From positions 35,243-99,242 of the forward strand of contig CAYUBL010000002.1 of the NCBI GenBank assembly GCA_964443125.1: a DNA stretch of 64,000 nucleotides. Direction: 5' to 3'. The notes beneath the pieces are model-generated. The model was not told the DNA's origin, ran no database searches, and worked only from the letters and a program-made list of their open reading frames with translations. Source of the stretch: an uncultured Candidatus Saccharibacteria bacterium (GTDB taxonomy: Bacteria > Patescibacteriota > Andersenbacteria > UBA10190). This document shows, one piece after another, positions 39,794 through 48,065 of this stretch. The position numbers and the translations under genes were made by a program. Position 1 is the stretch's first letter. Each line of letters opens with the position of its first letter.

Positions 39794-42124
39794 ATGAATA
39801 AATTTCTTTCGTACGGAGCAGGAATAGGTATCGCGGCAGGGCTTATGTTTGCGCTTCTTGTGCAGGCGGCGCCCAAGGCTCACGCGGCTCTTCCGTCCAC
39901 ATACACGTTCACCTATCAGGAACAGATGGTGCAGTTCCTCAACAGCCTGGGAATTTATCCGTTTATCAAGGCTGATTCTGTCCGCGCGAACACCACAAAC
40001 GCGTATAAACTCTGTAATCTCAAGGGGTATTCCACCGTTTCAGGGTACACGGTGCGCAAGTATTCTTCTCCGGAAAACAATACGCTTGCGACATGGAATG
40101 AATCGTTGCAGCAATGGACTACGCAGAATGCAAAAAAGGCGGGTAACCCCGGCCAGCTCGACACGCTGATGTGTTCCAATCCAATCGTAAAGCCGACGCC
40201 TACTCCAACTCCGACACCAACACCAACACCTACTCCAACGCCGACTCCAACACCTACGCCAAATGCGGCACCGGTAGCAAATGCGAAGGTGAGTGTGAAC
40301 GGCGGCACCCCATCTGCCAGCGTGAGTATTGAACGCGGCGTGCCGGTTTCTATTAGTCTTTCCGCAGAGGGCAGCTTTGATCCGAACGGATGGAATACCC
40401 AGCTCACTGGCGTATCTACAGGAGGAAAGTGCGAATGGAATTCCGACTTGAACCAGGGAAGCCCGACGTTTGATCACACGGTATTTAACCCTGCATCGCC
40501 AGGGGCCTGCAACATCGGCCTTGGCACGCTTACATTCTTCGATGCACCCGGAACATACACCTACCATGTATTGCGCATCACCGACGCTGCAGGCGCAGTG
40601 TCGAATGTAGCATCGGTTTCAGTGACGGTGTTTGCAAGCGCAACGCCGACCCCAAAGCCGTCTCCGACTCCAACGCCGAGCCCGACGCCAACTCCCACCC
40701 CAACGCCTTCTCCAACGCCTATCGTTGATGTAGCAACAAGCTTGGAATGTCCGGTCATTCACGGGACGGTAACGCCGGGCGCAACGAAGATTTCTGTGCA
40801 ATTGCATCCGACGCCTTCTTCGGCATCCAAGTCGGGGCACGTGATCCATTGGAGCTCTTCGCTTGGGACGTCATTCGTTGATCCGGACCAATCGACGACG
40901 AATGGACAGGGAATTGCATCCACTGACTTTATCCTGCCATTTGACGCCGGAATTAGTGGCACGGCAACCGTAACCGCGCAATTCCAGGGATCAACGGTTG
41001 GCAATCAGCATTATCAATCGTCCAGCTGTACGATTTCTTTCGCCTACGATTCGCCGCTGCTTCCGTCCCCGACGCCTACTCCAACTCCGACACCAAGCCC
41101 AACTCCAACACCAACTCCCACACCAACGCCTACGCCAAGCCCGACTCCGTCTCCTACACCGTCTCCGACTCCAATTCCAAATAATGCGCCCGTAGCCGAT
41201 GCGAAAGTAAGTATCAACGGCGCAACGGCAGTACACCACTTTACCGTAACGCGAGGCGTGCCGGTAACGGTTGGGCTTTCGTCTGCAGACAGTTTTGATC
41301 CGAACGGATGGAGCACGCCGAATGTCGGAGTATCTGCAGGAGGAAAATGCGAATGGAATTCCGACTTGAATCAGGGCAGCCCGACGTTCGAATCGATCGT
41401 CCATAATCCGGCAGCGCCATTTAGCTGCAACATAGGCCTCGGAACGCTGACGTTCTTCGACACCCCGGGAACATATACATACCACGTACTCCGCATTACC
41501 GACGCTGCAAATGCAGTATCGAATGTCGCTGCGGTCCAGGTAACTGTGCTTCCGGGACAAGAACCAAGTCCGACGCCAACACCGACTCCAACGCCGAGCC
41601 CGACACCTACGCCAAGTCCTTCGCCGACACCAACTCCTACACCTACCCCCACACCAACGCCGACTTGCAGCGATGGGATCGATAATGACCATGACGGATT
41701 CGTAGACAGCCACGATTCCGACTGCCACACGGACCATAATCCGAAGAATCCGAATTCATACGATCCGAACGGAAATGAAGACGGAAAGAATCAGGCTCAG
41801 TGTTCTGATTCAAAGGACAACGACAATGACGGAGCGATCGACGGCGGAGATGCAAACTGCCACACGGACGGCAACCCGAATAACCCGAACTCCTTTAATC
41901 CGCATGGCAGCGAGTTTCCGACGGTAACGCCGACTCCGACAGTGCCTCCAGTCTCTCTTTCAACCGGAAACCAGCAGAAGCAGGGCCAGTCGATACGCCT
42001 GAAGATCAACAACAGCGCAAATAATTCTTCGAATAACAGCTCCAACAACAGCTCGGAGAACAAAGCAGAGGCGAAAAACGAAGGGAATAGCAACGAGGTC
42101 ATCATTAACCAAAAAGCAGACTAG
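39794..42124 (+). CDS. Large secreted Pro/Thr-linker surface protein (paralog of 38467..39684)
   Basis: Signal peptide and the shared N-terminal domain. Two ~125-aa repeats. Two Cys/Asp motifs resembling the MopE-type metal-binding motif. N/S-rich tail. Confidence 0.7.
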   Translation: MNKFLSYGAGIGIAAGLMFALLVQAAPKAHAALPSTYTFTYQEQMVQFLNSLGIYPFIKADSVRANTTNAYKLCNLKGYSTVSGYTVRKYSSPENNTLATWNESLQQWTTQNAKKAGNPGQLDTLMCSNPIVKPTPTPTPTPTPTPTPTPTPTPTPNAAPVANAKVSVNGGTPSASVSIERGVPVSISLSAEGSFDPNGWNTQLTGVSTGGKCEWNSDLNQGSPTFDHTVFNPASPGACNIGLGTLTFFDAPGTYTYHVLRITDAAGAVSNVASVSVTVFASATPTPKPSPTPTPSPTPTPTPTPSPTPIVDVATSLECPVIHGTVTPGATKISVQLHPTPSSASKSGHVIHWSSSLGTSFVDPDQSTTNGQGIASTDFILPFDAGISGTATVTAQFQGSTVGNQHYQSSSCTISFAYDSPLLPSPTPTPTPTPSPTPTPTPTPTPTPSPTPSPTPSPTPIPNNAPVADAKVSINGATAVHHFTVTRGVPVTVGLSSADSFDPNGWSTPNVGVSAGGKCEWNSDLNQGSPTFESIVHNPAAPFSCNIGLGTLTFFDTPGTYTYHVLRITDAANAVSNVAAVQVTVLPGQEPSPTPTPTPTPSPTPTPSPSPTPTPTPTPTPTPTCSDGIDNDHDGFVDSHDSDCHTDHNPKNPNSYDPNGNEDGKNQAQCSDSKDNDNDGAIDGGDANCHTDGNPNNPNSFNPHGSEFPTVTPTPTVPPVSLSTGNQQKQGQSIRLKINNSANNSSNNSSNNSSENKAEAKNEGNSNEVIINQKAD

Positions 42125-42163
42125 GAGTTGCAATAAAACAGGCTTTGTGGTAGAGTGCTTCCT

Positions 42164-42328
42164 ATGTCACAAGATAATCTCATTCGGCTCCAGTGCACTG
42201 AATGCAAGACCTACAACTACCATACCCGCCGCAATCTGAAGCGAAGGGATACGGAAAAGCTTGAACGGTCCAAGTATTGCAGCACGTGCCGGGAGCATAC
42301 AACCCACAAAGAAAAAGCAAAGAAGTAA
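42164..42328 (+). CDS. rpmG: 50S ribosomal protein L33
   Basis: 54 aa, MSQDNLIRLQCTECKTYNYHTRRNLKRRDTEKLERSKYCSTCREHTTHKE, with a CxxC...CxxC zinc ribbon. Below the ORF-track length cut-off. Confidence 0.85.
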   Translation: MSQDNLIRLQCTECKTYNYHTRRNLKRRDTEKLERSKYCSTCREHTTHKEKAKK

Positions 42329-42537
42329 AAAGAGGCCCCGTATTAGCCAAATGGCAATGCGTGGCTCTTGTAAGGGTTCAAAATCTTCGCGTTCCCCGAT
42401 GAAGAGGTAGCTTACGGCGTCTCCAAAATCGCAACCCGCAGCTATATATCGTTTTTCTGCTTGTTGGTCAGTCAAAAATCGCTTGAAAAAACGAGACATT
42501 TTGCTTTCTCCTAAAAAGAGCAGGATTGATCGGCGGG

Positions 42538-42608
42538 CAGGGGTGGAAGGAATCGAACCCTCAGTCTGGGATTTGGAGTCCCATGGTTTACCATTAACCG
42601 ACACCCCT
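42538..42608 (-). tRNA. tRNA-Trp (CCA)
   Basis: Starts AGGGGTG as in E. coli tRNA-Trp (A1:U72). Anticodon loop CTCCAAA; discriminator G. Confidence 0.8.
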
Positions 42609-42671
42609 CTATGTGCCCATTGTACATATATTTCACTTTTCGGCTAGTTTGGGTCGTGTTAGGTTACTTGC

Positions 42672-43343
42672 ATGGCTAATCAGAGGCTAAAAATTGGCGT
42701 TGATATTGACGGCGTGTTGATAGATACTGATCCGCGCGCCTACTTGGAATTCTGTGAAAAAGAATTGGGATGGAATATCGACTATAAAGCGTTCGAAGAA
42801 ACGCACGCGTTCTATAGGGCGACCGGTGTAACCTCGCATGAAGAAATATCCGCAGCATTCGAGCGGTTCATTCATGAAACAGAGAATGCGCAAGGTCCGA
42901 TTGATGGCGCGCATGATGCGTTAAAAGCACTGCAAAAACATGCGGATATTTATTTAATAACTGCTCGTACCGGAATGATGCGAAAAATTACGGAAGATTT
43001 TTTGCAGGAACATCTGCCCGATGTGCAGTATATGGAAATTTCGATGGGGAATGTGAATGGTAAAGCGCCGCAGATTATTAATTTCGGGGTCGATTATTAC
43101 ATTGATGACAGTTATCGAGAAATAGCTGCTATTCTAGAAGACTCCACAGTTACGACAAAAATCATCCCGTTTCCGCCATTTCATAGCTTTCAGCGATGGA
43201 ACAGCATTCGCGATGACCGCATCCATTGGCTTGATGTCTGGAAAAAAATCCCGGCGGATCTAGATATGAGCAAGCACCCGGAGATTCGGAAAAGGGCATG
43301 GGAAGAAATTGTATCGCATATATTGCCCCTAGAAGCCGTATAG
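42672..43343 (+). CDS. HAD-like nucleotidase (5'(3')-deoxyribonucleotidase-like)
   Basis: Motif I IGVDIDGVLID and a YYIDDS motif. Confidence 0.55.
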   Translation: MANQRLKIGVDIDGVLIDTDPRAYLEFCEKELGWNIDYKAFEETHAFYRATGVTSHEEISAAFERFIHETENAQGPIDGAHDALKALQKHADIYLITARTGMMRKITEDFLQEHLPDVQYMEISMGNVNGKAPQIINFGVDYYIDDSYREIAAILEDSTVTTKIIPFPPFHSFQRWNSIRDDRIHWLDVWKKIPADLDMSKHPEIRKRAWEEIVSHILPLEAV

Positions 43344-43351
43344 ACACTATT

Positions 43352-43382
43352 CCAAGGAAAATCCTTGGAATAGTGGTGTTCT
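43352..43382. repeat. Perfect 13-bp inverted repeat with 5-nt loop (CACTATTCCAAGG-aaaat-CCTTGGAATAGTG)
   Basis: Begins 8 nt after the stop of the 42672 gene. No U-tract follows. Confidence 0.7.
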
Positions 43383-43465
43383 GCATCGCTAGACATGCAT
43401 GTTCTCGCTGCGTATATAGTATTAAAGGAAACAGTAGTTCTTCTTAATCAAATAGGAGTGAAATA

Positions 43466-43792
43466 ATGCTTACTGCCGAAAAACTGTCCGAAGGTCTTGA
43501 GGGTTTTTGTGTGCAGTGTCTCGCTGAGGTCTACGGGGTTAATGTGGATGGTTAAAAGACGGAGTCCATCGGCTTTTTCAAGGATGCAACCATAGCGAAC
43601 GCTTTTGCGCAGAATCAGGTTGATGCTGACTACTTGAGAGTGAGCCCGGCTTGGGCGATCGTGAAGGGCACGGATGCGATATTGTTAGGGCAGGGAGTTG
43701 AACTTTCCTCGGACGAGCAGGCTGAGCAAATGGTTCGCGAGAAAGTGCTTGCCAAGCTTAGTGTCGAAGAAAGAAAGGTGCTTGGATTATAA
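43466..43792 (+). pseudogene. Small ORF interrupted by one in-frame TAA (29 codons + TAA + 78 codons)
   Basis: AGGAGTG lies 7 nt upstream of the ATG. The same frame stays open for 78 more codons past the TAA at 43553-43555. Confidence 0.35.
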
Positions 43793-43806
43793 GCGCTCCG
43801 CACGTA

Positions 43807-43837
43807 GAGGGTCTCCATTGAGACCTTCTTTTTCTTT
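43807..43837 (+). terminator. Rho-independent terminator
   Basis: Stem GGGTCTC/GAGACCT followed by TTCTTTTTCTTT. Confidence 0.6.
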
Positions 43838-43874
43838 AAAATGACAAAAAGACACCCCATCGAGGGACGGGGTG
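43838..43874 (-). terminator. Rho-independent terminator for the convergent minus-strand gene
   Basis: CACCCC...GGGGTG stem; the minus strand reads TCTTTTTGTC after the hairpin. Confidence 0.5.
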
Positions 43875-43889
43875 CGGTGAGAGGGTTGG

Positions 43890-44177
43890 TTATGTCGGTT
43901 GAAGTACCGGGAGAAGCTTTTGCGCGACAGTGCAAGCAAACTCTTGTTTGCGTTGCAATTGCGTAAAGTAGTCGACGGTTGCTTGTGGCAGGGTGATTTC
44001 AGAAATAGTGGTGTACTCGACACCTTCTCGCTGGTTTGCAAGATGGATATGATCACCCACCAGCCATATCGCAAGCGATGCCGCTTCCGGAATCAGAATG
44101 CGCAGCTGCTTCTGCGCGACCGAGTAAGCAGCCGTGAATGGCTCACAAACTTCAACTTCAATAATGTACGCCTGCAT
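43890..44177 (-). CDS. Hypothetical protein (95 aa)
   Basis: AAGGAGAA lies 6 nt upstream of the ATG. No motif recognised. Confidence 0.5.
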   Translation of the reverse strand: MQAYIIEVEVCEPFTAAYSVAQKQLRILIPEAASLAIWLVGDHIHLANQREGVEYTTISEITLPQATVDYFTQLQRKQEFACTVAQKLLPVLQPT

Positions 44178-45017
44178 GCCTGTTCTCCTTTAGGCTCAAA
44201 AATGAACAAATACCGGACTGGAGCTGGAGGTACCATAGAATAGTTGTCCCAAAGATGCAAGCTACAGCATGGCGCAATTCAAAGGGTAATTCTTAGAATA
44301 GTTGAACATAAAAACCGACCAAGAGAGTTTCCTGGTCGGATGGATGGATGAAGGAAGGGGCTTTGCAAGCTTTAGTTATTATGTTGGAGCTTCAGCCCAG
44401 TCTCCCCGCCGAGGTGGGTTAGTGTGGCAACTCTGGTCCAGGGGCGGTAGTTCGGCCCGGGGGTGTTGTACTAAGTGCCGGATAAGAGTTCTATCACACA
44501 AGTATAGGCTCTGCCTGGGTAGTGTCGAGCAAGATTGGCGAGCAGTGAATGGGCTTTCTCCGAAAGCGCTGACTCGGGACGTATCCAGAATGCATCAATG
44601 CTTCGGAGTTCGATGCCTGATTCGAAATAGTCTGGCAGATATTCTTTGAACAGACCTTCTCCGAAGGGGTTTGGTTCCCATTGGCCAGAAGCAGAGGCAT
44701 GAGAAATCGCCTTTGACCAGCATTGCTCCGGGGACTAGGCGAAAGCCTAGCATAGAGGCGCCACTGATCGGATGAACCTGTTCGGTTGCTAACTGGATCA
44801 TGTGTAGTGCTCCTTGAAAAGAACGGTAGAGTTGTTCGTCATTGAGCTTGGGGTTATTAGAGTCCCAGCTTTGGTATAATAAACCTACTAATGGACTCTT
44901 CAAATAAATTCCTAAATTGAACCTTATATACCTAGCTATTGCAATTTATCGAATAGTGTGGTACGATGGTTCTTCGGTTGAAGAAGTGTTCCAACTCTTT
45001 TTAGGAAAGGATTACTC

Positions 45018-45395
45018 GTGATCTATTGCATTACATTTACTGACTCTATTGTTTCCGACGACGTGCGGGACATGTTGTTCCAAACGGCATACCTCATGCT
45101 GAAGGGGGGGCAAAAGCGGAAGAAATTTCGCTCAAAGGAATGTAGTGGCGTAGTCGTTACCAAGTTTCAGCCGTTGGTCTACGTCGGCACGTCGGGCATC
45201 GAGTTTACCGGCATTGTCGAATCCGAAGAAGGCGAAAACACCATTACCTACCTCGTGCGCGACCAAGATCTTGCAATGCTGGAACAAGCGAAGGAGGGTG
45301 CGTGGTTGTCCGGGGAAGATATGCTTTCCGGAAACATTCCGGAAGAAAAATGGCGCCCCAATCCGATCCGCCGGGTAGCGCACGGTAATAATTAG
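45018..45395 (+). CDS. Hypothetical protein (GTG start)
   Basis: 125-aa ORF. AAAGGA upstream, and an extended -10 (TGGTATAAT) at ~44864. Confidence 0.4.
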   Translation: MIYCITFTDSIVSDDVRDMLFQTAYLMLKGGQKRKKFRSKECSGVVVTKFQPLVYVGTSGIEFTGIVESEEGENTITYLVRDQDLAMLEQAKEGAWLSGEDMLSGNIPEEKWRPNPIRRVAHGNN

Positions 45396-45466
45396 CCCAA
45401 TCGCTACTCGATCGTTAGTTCATAGCTGTTTCTTCGGAGGCAGCTTTTTTGTGGTAATGTGGGGAT

Positions 45467-46102
45467 GTGAGCAATGATGTATTAAAAGACACCTATAACA
45501 AAATCGCGGAGGACTGGCACAAAGACCATCAAAGCGACAATTGGTGGCAGGAGGGTACGGATAAGTTCGTTTCATATCTCCGTGCCGGAGCTTCGGTTTT
45601 GGATGTAGGGTGCGGAGGCGGTAATAAAAGCAAGTACCTGGCTGACAAAGGCTTGAACGTTTTGGGTATAGATTTTTCAGAAAGCATGATTGATATATCT
45701 TCCCGCGAAGTTCCGAATGCGAAATTTCAAATCCTGGATATACACGATATAGATACGTTGGATAAAACTTGTGACGGCATATTCATGCAAGCGGTGCTGC
45801 TCCATATTCCGAAAAAAGAAGTTGCAGGCATATTGCAAAAAGCCGTTCAAAAGTTACAATCCGGCGGGTATGTATACGTTGCAGTAAAAGAAAAGATGGA
45901 GGGCGGGGTGGATGAGGAAGTGAAGAGGGATGATGAGTACGGATACGAATATGAACGATTCTTCAGCTATTTTACGATTGATGAGCTGCGAGGATATTTT
46001 CAGAACGTAGGACTGGAAGTCGTATATGAAGACGTAAAGCTGCCAAGCAGGACGGCAAGGAAAAGCAACTGGGTGCAGATTATCGGGAGGAAGCAAGCAT
46101 GA
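45467..46102 (+). CDS. Class I SAM-dependent methyltransferase
   Basis: Motif I VLDVGCGGG; motif II GIDFSESM. Confidence 0.75.
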   Translation: MSNDVLKDTYNKIAEDWHKDHQSDNWWQEGTDKFVSYLRAGASVLDVGCGGGNKSKYLADKGLNVLGIDFSESMIDISSREVPNAKFQILDIHDIDTLDKTCDGIFMQAVLLHIPKKEVAGILQKAVQKLQSGGYVYVAVKEKMEGGVDEEVKRDDEYGYEYERFFSYFTIDELRGYFQNVGLEVVYEDVKLPSRTARKSNWVQIIGRKQA

Positions 46103-46497
46103 ACATCTTCGATCAAGTGAAATCTCTAAATCTACCAATGGGCGAGTATGTAGTCGTTGGTGGAGGAGTACTGGCTGCTCATAAAATAAGAGAAACGCAA
46201 GATGTAGACGTTGTTGTAATGCCAGAACTTTTTGAAGAAATTAAAAAATGGGAAGGATGGCAAGAGGGCGAGAAGCCAGACGGCGGACCAGTATTACATA
46301 AAGATATTTTTGAAATTTACCTTGACGTAAACTGCGACAGCTACCGGCCGACTACGCAAGAGCTATTAGAACGGTCGGAAACAATAAAGGGTATACAAGT
46401 TATTTCCTTGCAGGACCTTCTGGAGTTTAAAAAAGGGTATGGTCGGCCGAAAGATCAGCCGGACATTCCACTCATTGAAAAGGCTTTAGCGAAATAA
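46099..46497 (+). CDS. Hypothetical protein, minimal nucleotidyltransferase-like
   Basis: GGGVLAAHKIRETQDVDVVV resembles the NTase G[GS]...DxD motif. ATGA-coupled to the methyltransferase. Confidence 0.4.
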   Translation: MNIFDQVKSLNLPMGEYVVVGGGVLAAHKIRETQDVDVVVMPELFEEIKKWEGWQEGEKPDGGPVLHKDIFEIYLDVNCDSYRPTTQELLERSETIKGIQVISLQDLLEFKKGYGRPKDQPDIPLIEKALAK

Positions 46498-46506
46498 ATA
46501 GATAGT

Positions 46507-46950
46507 ATGATTGATTGCATCTTTGAGGATGGCGGTAAGGGCTCTTTGCGGCATGTGGCGACGCAGGTCATTATATTTAAAGAAGGAAAAATTCTGCTAA
46601 TCAAAAGAGCAGAAGGGATGCTCGAAGGAGGAAAATGGGCGCTGTCGGGAGGGTTTGTTGACCGTGATGAAACCCTTGAAGAAGCAATGGCTCGGGAGGT
46701 TATGGAAGAAACCGGTTGGACCGTGAAAAATATCAAATTGTTAAGTATTTATGATAATCCCGACCGACCCAATGAAAACAGACAGAATATTGCCTTTAAT
46801 TATTCTTGTGAAGCCGTTGAAAAAATAGGAGAGTCAGATAAAGAAGTGGCTGATGTAAGATGGGTGAGCCTTACAGATCCCTTGCTTCAGGAGCTAGCTT
46901 TTGATCATACGAAAGTAGTGACGGATTTTCTTGGGAAGTATACAGAATAA
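46507..46950 (+). CDS. NUDIX hydrolase
   Basis: Nudix box GGFVDRDETLEEAMAREVMEETGW. Confidence 0.8.
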   Translation: MIDCIFEDGGKGSLRHVATQVIIFKEGKILLIKRAEGMLEGGKWALSGGFVDRDETLEEAMAREVMEETGWTVKNIKLLSIYDNPDRPNENRQNIAFNYSCEAVEKIGESDKEVADVRWVSLTDPLLQELAFDHTKVVTDFLGKYTE

Positions 46951-47013
46951 ATACCGTACAGACGTAATTAATTATTAGTTGAACTTTTGTTCATCTTTTG
47001 GTAACCTATAAAC

Positions 47014-47229
47014 ATGGAAAATATCATCGGACTAAAAGAACTTCGGCAAAATGTCGCCAAATATGCCCGCAAGGTCCAGGAAGGGCAGTCTTTTACCGTA
47101 TTCAAGCATTCAAAGCCGCTGTTTAAAATTACACCGGTCGACGATGAACATCGTTGGGAAGAGGTTATTGATTTCACGAGGATCCATCGCGGCGGGGTGG
47201 ATGTAGACGATCTGCTCGAGCGATTGTAA
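47014..47229 (+). CDS. Type II antitoxin, Phd/YefM family
   Basis: 71 aa; N-terminal IGLKELRQNVAKYARKVQEGQSFTVFKHSKP. Confidence 0.7.
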   Translation: MENIIGLKELRQNVAKYARKVQEGQSFTVFKHSKPLFKITPVDDEHRWEEVIDFTRIHRGGVDVDDLLERL

Positions 47230-47232
47230 TGC

Positions 47233-47481
47233 ATGGTAGACCGCGTAACTAAAGCGCTTCGAAAGTTAAGCGCTAAAGAGCGTAAAGCTGTTAAGGCAAT
47301 ATTGCTTCAAATAAAATCAGGGAACGCAAAAGGGCTGGATGTTAAAAAACTAAAAGGCAACACCGCAATATATCGTGTTCGGAAAGCAGATTTGCGAATT
47401 ATTTATCAAGTGAGCAAACAGGGCGGGGTATCTGTTTTGGCAATTGAACGTCGCTCGGATCGGACGTATAGTAAGTTTTGA
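47233..47481 (+). CDS. Type II toxin, RelE/ParE family
   Basis: 82 aa; C-terminal IYRVRKADLRIIYQV motif. Starts 3 nt after the antitoxin. Confidence 0.7.
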   Translation: MVDRVTKALRKLSAKERKAVKAILLQIKSGNAKGLDVKKLKGNTAIYRVRKADLRIIYQVSKQGGVSVLAIERRSDRTYSKF

Positions 47482-48065
47482 TGTATAAACGAGTGTTCAT
47501 CATTCACGGTTGGGGAGGTAGTCCCGATGAACATTGGCTGCCTTGGTTAAAAAACGAATTAACGAAAAGAGGCTTTGAAGTGACGGCACCGCAGATGCCC
47601 AACACTGATGCGCCTGTTATCGAAGAGTGGATCAGGCACCTTTCGCAATCGGTAGGAGAAGTTGATGAACATACGTATTTTGTCGGCCATAGTGTCGGCT
47701 GCCAGGCTATTATGCGATATTTGGAAACGCAGGCAGGCAAAAAGGCGGGCGGCTGTGTGTTTGTCGCCGGCTGGTTCAAGCTTCAAAACTTAGAGAACGA
47801 GGAAGAAGAACGAATTGCAGAGCCGTGGCAGCGGGACGATATAGATTTTCCTAAGCTTAAAGAGGTAACCGGTAACTTTATCGTATTGAACTCGACAGAT
47901 GACGACTACGGCGCGGTGGAAGAAAATAAAAAATTGTTTGAAGAAAAACTCGGCGCCAAGGTTGTTATTATGCGAAATAAGGGGCATTTTACGGAAAGCG
48001 ATGGTATTACGGAATTACCGGAAGCGCTTGAGGCCATCATGAGTTTTGAGAAAAATAGCATATGA
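47481..48065 (+). CDS. Serine hydrolase of the YdeN/RBBP9 alpha/beta-hydrolase family
   Basis: IIHGWGG and nucleophile elbow VGHSVGC. ATG overlaps the relE stop. Confidence 0.7.
   Translation: MYKRVFIIHGWGGSPDEHWLPWLKNELTKRGFEVTAPQMPNTDAPVIEEWIRHLSQSVGEVDEHTYFVGHSVGCQAIMRYLETQAGKKAGGCVFVAGWFKLQNLENEEEERIAEPWQRDDIDFPKLKEVTGNFIVLNSTDDDYGAVEENKKLFEEKLGAKVVIMRNKGHFTESDGITELPEALEAIMSFEKNSI

Noticed and set aside
38800-41700. Highly repetitive CCAACTCCGACGCCAAC... DNA, considered as CRISPR or tandem-repeat element
   Set aside because: The repeats are in frame and encode Pro-Thr linkers of two secreted proteins. There are no regular spacer/repeat units and no cas genes. Minus-strand ORFs here (e.g. 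38691..39479, 40991..41737) are GVG-repeat artefacts of the same sequence.
44302-44649. 115-aa plus-strand ORF in the 44.2-45.0 kb region
   Set aside because: Low-complexity, Arg/Cys-rich, no RBS and poor codon usage. Treated as non-coding. The region is reported as a finding instead.
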